Part shown: one piece after another, positions 26,661-33,705 of the stretch | Numbering within the stretch: position 1 is the stretch's first letter | Layout: the number at the start of each line of letters is the position of its first letter | Assembly (NCBI GenBank): GCA_965549635.1 | Contig: CBEVHI010000002.1 | Location: 1-38,412 of the forward strand | Origin: an uncultured bacterium | GTDB taxonomy: Bacteria > Actinomycetota > Acidimicrobiia > Spongiisociales > UBA4744 | Direction: 5' to 3' | DNA length: 38,412 bases | Program-made: the position numbers and the translations under genes | The notes under the pieces: generated by a model | What the model was told of the DNA's origin: nothing | Databases searched by the model: none | What the model saw: the letters and a program-made list of their open reading frames with translations, nothing else

Positions 26661-26935
26661 GTGCGCTCCCGATGGGTGACGACGCGTCCGTCGGTGACGG
26701 TGACGCCTTCGGCTTGCAGGCGACGCTCCTGTTCGCGTTCACAACCCGGAACAAGCCTGCCTGTCGAGGTGACCACTCTCCACCATGGAAAGCCAGACGA
26801 GTCTCTCAGAATGTTACCGATGGCGCGTGCCGCCCCTGGGTGGCCGGCCTGCGCGGCGAGCTCGCCGTACGTGACGATCTCCCCTGGTGCGAGCGCTTGG
26901 AGGGCCTCGGTGACGTCGTCACGGAACCGGGTCAT
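26657..26935 (-). CDS. MGMT-family DNA-binding protein lacking the acceptor cysteine (alkyltransferase-like, ATL/YbaZ type)
   Basis: VTYGELAAQAGHPGAARAIGNIL...FPWWRVV. The position of the PCHR active-site Cys is occupied by Trp. 92 aa. ATGA-type 4-nt overlap with deoA. Confidence 0.8.
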   Translation of the reverse strand: MTRFRDDVTEALQALAPGEIVTYGELAAQAGHPGAARAIGNILRDSSGFPWWRVVTSTGRLVPGCEREQERRLQAEGVTVTDGRVVTHRERT

Positions 26936-26957
26936 CGCTCAGCCTCGCCCGCGACCA

Positions 26958-27578
26958 TCAGAGCGTTCCGAACAGGCGGTCGCCCATGTCTCCGAGACCC
27001 GGCTGGATGAAGAAGTTGGAACTGAGATCCCGGTCGAGCGATGCGGCCACGATCCGAACGTCGGGATGATCCCGCTCCATGCGTTCGACTCCGGCGGGCG
27101 CCGTCACCACGCAGAGCGCGGTGATGTCGACTGCCCCCTGCTCTTTGACCTTGTCGACGGCCCAGGACAGTGAGCCGCCGGTGGCGAGCATCGGTTCGAG
27201 GATGAGCACCTTGGTGTTCGCAAGGTCAGGGAACTTCGTGTAGTACTCCAGCGGCTCGGCGGTGGCCTCGTCACGCTGCACGCCGGCGAACCCCACTTTG
27301 ACCGCAGGGAGGAGGTCGAGGACCGCATCCAGCAGCCCGAGCCCCGCCCTGAGCACCGCGACGGCGACGATGTTGCGATCCAGCCGTGAACCGATCGTCT
27401 CTTCGAGGGGTGTCTCGACCGGCAACTCGCGCAGGGGGATGTCGGAGGTTGCTTCGATGAGCAGGGTGTAGGCCAGGCGTCGAGAAGTCTCCCTGAAGCG
27501 CTCGGTGGACGTGCTGCGGTCCCTCAGGACCGTCAGGTAGTGCTGCGTCAGAGGATGCTCGACGATCGTGAGGCTCAC
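26958..27578 (-). CDS. upp: Uracil phosphoribosyltransferase
   Basis: HPLTQHYLTVLRD, VAVLRAGLG, ILEPMLATGGS, PGLGDMGDRLFGT. GTG start lies after GGAAGGA. Confidence 0.94.
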   Translation of the reverse strand: MSLTIVEHPLTQHYLTVLRDRSTSTERFRETSRRLAYTLLIEATSDIPLRELPVETPLEETIGSRLDRNIVAVAVLRAGLGLLDAVLDLLPAVKVGFAGVQRDEATAEPLEYYTKFPDLANTKVLILEPMLATGGSLSWAVDKVKEQGAVDITALCVVTAPAGVERMERDHPDVRIVAASLDRDLSSNFFIQPGLGDMGDRLFGTL

Positions 27579-27656
27579 AGGTAATCCTTCCGGTGGTTCC
27601 TCGTAGGCTACTCGCGCCGCCGATGGGCGATCGAAGAGGGAAGCGAAGTCCTAGGA

Positions 27657-27813
27657 GACTGTTGAACAACACATGGCACGCATCTCAACGACTGTGCATC
27701 ACCACCCGCTGCGTTCTCGGTTCCGCCATTACCGCACGGGTAGTGACGAAACCTGTGGCCTTGCGGGTGTCGCGCACAGCCGCTGATCTTCCCACCGGCA
27801 TTGTTCAACAGAC
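27657..27813. other. Candidate structured RNA, or alternatively a paired operator: an 11-bp AT-rich inverted repeat enclosing three hairpins
   Basis: CTGTTGAACAA (27659-27669) is the exact reverse complement of TTGTTCAACAG (27801-27811). Inside lie hairpins at 27699-27746 (13 bp, 1 mismatch, 1 bulge), 27753-27779 (7 bp, 1 bulge) and a weaker one at 27674-27698. All pairings were checked base by base by hand. Confidence 0.35.
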
Positions 27814-27834
27814 TCCAACCACTACCCTGGTGGC

Positions 27835-28224
27835 GTGCGGATCGCTGCCATCGTCGGAGATAGCCTGGTGCTCGCCGTGCTCACGATCGTGGGCTTCGCC
27901 ATGCACGAGACGCTCGGCGCCGCGTCGAGATTGGTGGTCACGATCGGGGCGTTTCTGGTCGCCTGGCTGTGGATCGCTCCGTGGTTCGGTTCGTTCAGGC
28001 TCGATGTCATCGGTGACCCCAGGCGTGTCTGGCGGATCTTGGCGGCTTGGGTGGCTGCTGCTTCCTTCGGGTCGGTGCTGCGAGGGCTCGTTCTCGGCCT
28101 GACGGTCTCACCGATCTTTGTTGTGGTGATGACCGCCGTGAGCGGTGCTGGACTCCTCGTGTGGCGGGTCGTCTTCGCCTTGTGGTTGCGTGGTCGCCAG
28201 GGTGAAGCTACCGCTCCCCAGTAG
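27835..28224 (+). CDS. Small 4-TM membrane protein (possibly DUF3054-like)
   Basis: 129 aa with four hydrophobic helices. GTG start with a weak SD. The family call is from memory only. Confidence 0.6.
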   Translation: MRIAAIVGDSLVLAVLTIVGFAMHETLGAASRLVVTIGAFLVAWLWIAPWFGSFRLDVIGDPRRVWRILAAWVAAASFGSVLRGLVLGLTVSPIFVVVMTAVSGAGLLVWRVVFALWLRGRQGEATAPQ

Positions 28225-28233
28225 ACTCCTGCC

Positions 28234-29550
28234 GTGTTCGAATCACTGACCCAGCGACTGAATGAAACCTTTGCTCGGCTTCGGAGCAAAGGGAGGTTGA
28301 GCGCAGGCGACGTTGACGCGACCTTGCGTGAGATACGAATGGCGCTGCTGGAAGCCGACGTCAACGTCACGGTTGTCAAAGCCTTGCTGGCGAGGGTCCG
28401 CGAACGTGCGGTGGGGGAGGAGATCACCAAGAGCCTCACGCCTGGTCAACAGGTCGTCAAGGTCGTCCACGAGGAGCTGATCACCACCTTGGGGGGCGCA
28501 TCGGTTCCCCTCGCGACCGCCGCCAGAACACCGCTCCGGATCCTGATGGTGGGTCTCCAGGGATCGGGCAAGACCACCTCGGCTGCCAAGCTCGCCCGCT
28601 TTCTCAAGCAGCAAGGGCGCCACCCCCTTCTGGTCGCAGCCGATCTACAGCGTCCGGCGGCGATCGAGCAACTGGTCACGTTGGGAGACCGGATCGGCGT
28701 CCCGGTGGCCACCGAACGCAAGTCCAAGCCGGCGAAGCTGGTCAAGGCAGCCGTGAAGCAAGCCATCTCAGAGTCGAACGACGTGGTGATCATTGACACG
28801 GCAGGCAGACTCCAGATCGACCAGGAGCTCATGAAGGAGCTCGCCGACGTCGAAGCTGCGGCAGACCCGGACGAGGTGCTGCTCGTCGTCGATGCGATGA
28901 CAGGCCAGGACGCCGTCAACGTGGCCAAAGGCTTTCTTGACGGCGTCGACCTCACCGGCATCGTCATGTCCAAGCTGGACGGCGACGCTCGAGGCGGAGC
29001 GGCGATCTCGGTTCGAGAAGTGACCGGCTGCCCGATCAAATTCGCGGGCGTGGGGGAGAAGCTCGAAGACTTCGAGCCGTTCCACCCGGACAGGATGGCT
29101 TCCCGGGTCCTGGGCATGGGAGACGTTCTGACCCTCATCGAAAAGGCGGAGAACACCTGGGATGTCAACGAGGCGGAGGCGATGGCCGACAAGCTTCGGA
29201 GCGCCTCTTTCACCTTCGAGGACTTCCTCCAGCAGTTCCAGCAGATCCGCAGGATGGGTCCGCTCAACCAAGTGCTTGCTATGCTGCCCGGCGCCGGTTC
29301 AATGTTCCGCGACGTTGAGGTCTCCGACGATGACCTCGGCAAGGTCGAAGCGATCATTCGCTCGATGACTCCCGGTGAGCGGCGGAACCCCAAACTGATC
29401 GACGGGAGCCGCAAGCGGCGGATTGCCGCAGGCTCCGGTACGACGGCGCAGGCCGTCAACGGGCTGTTGAAGCAGTTCAACGAAGCGCAGAAAATGATGA
29501 AGATGATGGCGCAGGGGAAAGCGATCCCCGGCCTGAGGAAGATGAGGTGA
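28234..29550 (+). CDS. ffh: Signal recognition particle protein Ffh
   Basis: [42 protein letters not shown], and a Met-rich M domain (MLPG...[10 protein letters not shown]). Confidence 0.95.
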   Translation: MFESLTQRLNETFARLRSKGRLSAGDVDATLREIRMALLEADVNVTVVKALLARVRERAVGEEITKSLTPGQQVVKVVHEELITTLGGASVPLATAARTPLRILMVGLQGSGKTTSAAKLARFLKQQGRHPLLVAADLQRPAAIEQLVTLGDRIGVPVATERKSKPAKLVKAAVKQAISESNDVVIIDTAGRLQIDQELMKELADVEAAADPDEVLLVVDAMTGQDAVNVAKGFLDGVDLTGIVMSKLDGDARGGAAISVREVTGCPIKFAGVGEKLEDFEPFHPDRMASRVLGMGDVLTLIEKAENTWDVNEAEAMADKLRSASFTFEDFLQQFQQIRRMGPLNQVLAMLPGAGSMFRDVEVSDDDLGKVEAIIRSMTPGERRNPKLIDGSRKRRIAAGSGTTAQAVNGLLKQFNEAQKMMKMMAQGKAIPGLRKMR

Positions 29551-29554
29551 CGAC

Positions 29555-29848
29555 ATGGCGGTCAAGCTCCGCCTGATGCGGATGGGAAAGAAGAAGCAGC
29601 CGACCTACCGGGTGGTTGCAGCCGATGTTCGGTCGCCTCGCGATGGCCGCTTCATCGAGATTATCGGGCGATACGACCCTCGCCAGGACCCATCGCTGAT
29701 CGAGATAGACAACGAGAAGGCTCTGGCATGGTTGCGCAACGGAGCCCAGCCGACCGACACGGTCCGCCGGCTTCTGGAGAAGTCCGGTGCGTGGTCGATG
29801 TTCAAGATTGCCAAGGGCGAAGTCCACACGGTGGGAGAAGAGCAATGA
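29555..29848 (+). CDS. rpsP: 30S ribosomal protein S16
   Basis: [40 protein letters not shown]. Confidence 0.95.
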   Translation: MAVKLRLMRMGKKKQPTYRVVAADVRSPRDGRFIEIIGRYDPRQDPSLIEIDNEKALAWLRNGAQPTDTVRRLLEKSGAWSMFKIAKGEVHTVGEEQ

Positions 29849-30096
29849 CAAGGGGCACCATCGTCGAACGAGTCATCCGGTATGTGGTGACGCAGATCGT
29901 TGACCATCCGGACGAGGTCGATCTGACGCTCGTCGAAGAAGGACCCGAAGACGTCGTCGTCGAGGTGAGAACGGTCAAGTCGGACATGGGTCGTGTCATC
30001 GGCCGCCGTGGCCGGGTAGCCCGTGCGATTCGAACGCTCGCACGTGCAGCTGGAGACGAAGAAGGCCTCCACGCAGGAGTCGAGTTCGTCGATTGA
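29845..30096 (+). CDS. KH-domain RNA-binding protein (UPF0109/YlqC type)
   Basis: Track ORF 29728..30096 trimmed to ATG 29845 (ATGA overlap with rpsP). [17 protein letters not shown] is a GXXG KH motif. Canonical position between rpsP and rimM. Confidence 0.88.
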   Translation: MTRGTIVERVIRYVVTQIVDHPDEVDLTLVEEGPEDVVVEVRTVKSDMGRVIGRRGRVARAIRTLARAAGDEEGLHAGVEFVD

Positions 30097-30593
30097 TTCG
30101 CGTCGGACGCATCCTCAGGGCCCACGGCGTCAAAGGCGAAGTCGTCGTCGCCTCGGAATCAGACAGCCCGGACCGATTCGTCGCCGGAACGTCCTTCCTC
30201 ACCGACTCTGGCCGTTCGTTGACGGTCTCCGCGATTCGTCTCCACCACGGCAGGTTGCTGGCCACTCTGGAGGGGATCACTGATCGTGACTTGGCCGACG
30301 CCTTGCGCGACACCGTGTTGTACATCCCTGCCGAAGAGCGACGTCAGCTCTCAGCCGAAGAGTATTGGCCTGAGGACCTCGAGGGTCTGGAGGTTCGCGA
30401 CCGTCATGGGCGGCATCTGGGGACGATCGAGAGCGTGGTCGTCGGAAGCGCCCAAGACCGGCTCACGGTTCGGTTCAGCGGCCAACTCGTCGACGTCCCG
30501 TTCGTCAAGGAACTTGTCCCGGAGGTGCACCTGGAAGCCGGCTATGTGACTGTGGAACCGATCGAAGGCCTGTTCAGTTCAGAACCAGACTGA
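30093..30593 (+). CDS. rimM: 16S rRNA processing protein RimM
   Basis: VGRILRAHGVKGEVVV and a PRC-barrel C-terminus. TTG 30093 overlaps the KH stop. Confidence 0.9.
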   Translation: MIRVGRILRAHGVKGEVVVASESDSPDRFVAGTSFLTDSGRSLTVSAIRLHHGRLLATLEGITDRDLADALRDTVLYIPAEERRQLSAEEYWPEDLEGLEVRDRHGRHLGTIESVVVGSAQDRLTVRFSGQLVDVPFVKELVPEVHLEAGYVTVEPIEGLFSSEPD

Positions 30594-31410
30594 GGGTCAC
30601 GTCCTGGTCTGAGTCATCGCCCACCGTCAATTGCAGCCTCCCCTGCGGGCCGGTATCGAGCGTAACACTGAACTCGCCCCACGCAGCCAGATAGTCGGTC
30701 GCGGTTGTGACACGCTCGACCGATACGGAGTTGCCTTTGAGGAGGCGCACGACCACGTTCGCCTCGAAGGTCCTCGAGTAGCCCGTGACAAAGAGAGGGT
30801 AGGCAGCCTTGTCACCCCGCGGTGTCAGGACCACCACGAGGTCACTGTGTGGCGCAGGTGGGCTCAGTTCGGCGCCTCCCGGGGTGAATTCGATGACGAT
30901 CTGCGCCGGCGACCGGGTCACGGTGCCTCGAGCCACTGCGGCAGCACGGAGATGGACGTCGACGTACAGAGACCCTTCTGCCGACCGGACCACATATGCT
31001 CGATCGACGAGCGGCAGTTCGAAGATCCCATCGGTGATGGTGGTCTCGGTCACCTCCGGGAGGGTGACACGAACGACTCCGAGGTCGCGGGAGAACTCCA
31101 CCGATGCCTGCCCGACCGACGTTGCGGGAGCACCGGCTTCCGTTGAGAGATCGACAACGAATCGGTCACAGTCTTCTGCGTGGGAAGCACTCAGTCCGGA
31201 GATCCGAGTGGCGTCGCCGTCCTCGGCACTTGCACTCGCCAGTGTGCCGGATGCCGAGAAGGTCTCGCTTCCCCCGCACGACAACTGAGGACCGGTTGTC
31301 GCGACCGGCGTCGTCGACGCCGTCGGTGCCGTCGTCGAAGGGGGAGCGGGGGTTGCAGTGCACGAGGCGACAATGAGGGACGCGGCCATGAGCCCGGTGA
31401 GGCTACGCAT
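30574..31410 (-). CDS. Putative lipoprotein with C-terminal Gmad2-type immunoglobulin-like domain
   Basis: MRSLTGLMAASLIVASC carries a lipobox and is followed by a Thr/Pro/Ala-rich linker. C-terminal FVTGYSRTFEANVVVRL...AWGEFSVTL matches the Gmad2 pattern. Start trimmed from 31518 to ATG 31410; no SD, and ATG 31389 is an alternative. Confidence 0.7.
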   Translation of the reverse strand: MRSLTGLMAASLIVASCTATPAPPSTTAPTASTTPVATTGPQLSCGGSETFSASGTLASASAEDGDATRISGLSASHAEDCDRFVVDLSTEAGAPATSVGQASVEFSRDLGVVRVTLPEVTETTITDGIFELPLVDRAYVVRSAEGSLYVDVHLRAAAVARGTVTRSPAQIVIEFTPGGAELSPPAPHSDLVVVLTPRGDKAAYPLFVTGYSRTFEANVVVRLLKGNSVSVERVTTATDYLAAWGEFSVTLDTGPQGRLQLTVGDDSDQDVTLSLVLN

Positions 31411-31460
31411 AGGAGAAGCGTAGCCCCACCGCCACCAACGGGACTGCCGCCGGTGTCGTC

Positions 31461-32465
31461 TCAGAGCTGATCGCCCATGCGTTCGAGCAGATCGACGACC
31501 CGACTCGAGTAGCCCCACTCGTTGTCGTACCAGGACACCACTTTGACGAGATGTCCTCCGATCACCTTTGTGAGGTCGGCGTCGAAGATGCTCGAGTGTG
31601 GGTTGCCGACGATGTCGCTCGAGACGATCGGGTCCTCGTTGTACTGCAGGATTCCCTGCATCGGCCCTTCAGCGGCAGCACGCATGGCCGCCCGGATCTC
31701 GTCCTCGGTGACGTCCGTCCCCAGCACGGCGACCAGATCGACGAGGGAGCCATCAGGTATCGGCACACGCATTGCCATTCCGTCGAGCTTCCCATCGAGT
31801 TCCGGAATGACCAATCCGATCGCCTTGGCCGCACCGGTAGTTGTGGGCGTGATGTTGGCTGCCGCGGCACGGGCGCGCCGCAAGTCGCTGTGGGGCATGT
31901 CGAGAAGGCGCTGGTCGTTCGTATAGGCGTGCGTGGTCGTCATCAGCCCGCGCTGTATGCCGAAAGAGTCATTGAGCACCTTGGCGACGGGGGCGAGGCA
32001 GTTGGTGGTGCAGGAGGCGTTGGAGACCAGCGTGTCGGAAGGATCCAGATCGTCGTCGTTGACGCCGAGGACGATCGTCGCATCGACAGGGTCCTTTGCG
32101 GGTGCCGTGAGCAGGATGCGGCTGGCTCCAGCTTCGAGGTGCAGGTCCAGCTTGTCCCGGGTGCGAAACACCCCGGTCGACTCGACGACGATGTCGACTC
32201 CGAGTTCTCTCCATGGCAGCGCAGCGGGATCGCGCTCTTCGAGCATCTTGACCTTCTGGCCGCCGGCATGCATGAACCCGCCATCGAGGGTGATCTCTCC
32301 GTTGAAGATGCCCATGTTGGTGTCGTACTTGAGCAGATGGGCCAGTGTGGCGTCGTCGGTGAGGTCGTTGACGGCGACGATCTCGACTGGTGTGTCGGCT
32401 CGTTCGGCGACAATGCGAAAGACCGCTCTGCCGATGCGTCCGAAGCCATTGATGGCCACTCTCAT
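31461..32465 (-). CDS. gap: Type I glyceraldehyde-3-phosphate dehydrogenase
   Basis: MRVAINGFGRIGR, SNASCTTNCLAP, WYDNEWGYS. ATG 32465 lies downstream of an AAGGAGGA SD. The track start 32576 is a spurious extension. Confidence 0.95.
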   Translation of the reverse strand: MRVAINGFGRIGRAVFRIVAERADTPVEIVAVNDLTDDATLAHLLKYDTNMGIFNGEITLDGGFMHAGGQKVKMLEERDPAALPWRELGVDIVVESTGVFRTRDKLDLHLEAGASRILLTAPAKDPVDATIVLGVNDDDLDPSDTLVSNASCTTNCLAPVAKVLNDSFGIQRGLMTTTHAYTNDQRLLDMPHSDLRRARAAAANITPTTTGAAKAIGLVIPELDGKLDGMAMRVPIPDGSLVDLVAVLGTDVTEDEIRAAMRAAAEGPMQGILQYNEDPIVSSDIVGNPHSSIFDADLTKVIGGHLVKVVSWYDNEWGYSSRVVDLLERMGDQL

Positions 32466-32556
32466 GGGGGTTCCTCCTTGGTGCGGGAAGCGGGCGGCAC
32501 AGTCGCCGCGATGTGCGCTCATGCTACACGTCCCTCGGTCGGCTTGACCGCCGGGC

Positions 32557-33705
32557 GTGATAGCGTTCCGATCCATGTCGCATCCAGCTCCTGATCCGGC
32601 CCTCGCGCTTTCCTACCTGGTCGGCGAGCGTCCCGTGGACGACTTGTTCGCCGAGGCGTGCAAGCTCCGCGACGCCGGCAAGGGGCGGACCGTCACGTAC
32701 AGTCGCAAGGTCTTCATTCCTGTCACGACCCTCTGTCGGGATCGGTGCACCTACTGCACGTTCGCGAAACCACCGGGTGCGGGAGGCGAGTACATGACAC
32801 CCGAGGAGGTACTTGCGGTGGCGAGAGCCGGGGAGCGGTTCGGTTGCACGGAGGCTCTGCTGACGCTGGGTGATCGCCCCGAGGCCAGATGGAAGCAAGC
32901 CGACACCTTCCTGAGAGCGCACGGAGTCGAATCCACGATCGCCTATGTGCGGGAGCTCTCCGAGCTGATCGTTGCCGAGACCGCGCTGTTCCCGCACGCG
33001 AATCCGGGTGTGATGGACAGGGTGGCGATCGACTCCCTCCGGCCGACCAACGTTTCGATGGGACTGATGCTCGAAAACGTATCCCCGCGGCTCTTGGAAC
33101 CGGGGATGCCACACCACGGCAGCCCGGACAAGGCACCATCCGTTCGTGTCGGGACGATCGAGGCGGCCGGAGAGGCGCGGGTGCCCTTCACGACTGGCAT
33201 CCTCGTCGGGATTGGCGAGACGGCCGGGGAGATCGTCGACAGTCTCTTCGCCCTCGCGTCACTGCAGCACACATACGGCCATCTTCAGGAGATCATCATT
33301 CAGAACTTCCGGGCGAAGGCCGACACACCAATGAGGACAAACGCCGAACCGACCCCGGAGTACCTGGCCAGGGTGGCCGCGCTGGCGAGGTGGATCTTTG
33401 GGGAGGAGATGAATGTCCAGGTTCCGCCGAACCTGACCGATCGGTTCGAGGTCTACCTCGGCGCGGGTGTCAATGACTGGGGCGGCGTCTCTCCGCTGAC
33501 GATCGACTGGGTGAACCCCGAGCAGCCATGGCCCCAGCTCGAAGAGCTCGAGCACCGGACCAAGGAATCCGGCTTCCGTTTGCAGCCAAGGTTGCCGGTA
33601 TATCCGGAGTTCATCGACGAGGAATGGATCGACTCGAAGTTGTTGGACCGGGTTCGTTCAGCAACCAACGCATCGGGCTACCCGGCCGTAGGGGAGATGG
33701 TGTGA
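32557..33705 (+). CDS. cofG: 7,8-didemethyl-8-hydroxy-5-deazariboflavin (FO) synthase subunit CofG, radical SAM
   Basis: VFIPVTTLCRDRCTYCTF radical-SAM motif and collinear CofG pattern. GTG 32557 or ATG 32575 as start. Confidence 0.88.
   Translation: MIAFRSMSHPAPDPALALSYLVGERPVDDLFAEACKLRDAGKGRTVTYSRKVFIPVTTLCRDRCTYCTFAKPPGAGGEYMTPEEVLAVARAGERFGCTEALLTLGDRPEARWKQADTFLRAHGVESTIAYVRELSELIVAETALFPHANPGVMDRVAIDSLRPTNVSMGLMLENVSPRLLEPGMPHHGSPDKAPSVRVGTIEAAGEARVPFTTGILVGIGETAGEIVDSLFALASLQHTYGHLQEIIIQNFRAKADTPMRTNAEPTPEYLARVAALARWIFGEEMNVQVPPNLTDRFEVYLGAGVNDWGGVSPLTIDWVNPEQPWPQLEELEHRTKESGFRLQPRLPVYPEFIDEEWIDSKLLDRVRSATNASGYPAVGEMV

Noticed and set aside
27579-27600. CCTTCCGG (reverse complement CCGGAAGG) next to upp, reminiscent of the SRP RNA GGAA-tetraloop region and close to ffh
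   Set aside because: On the minus strand it reads GGAAGGAttacctGTG, which is simply the upp Shine-Dalgarno and start. No AGCAGC-type SRP domain IV motif occurs on either strand of the spacer.
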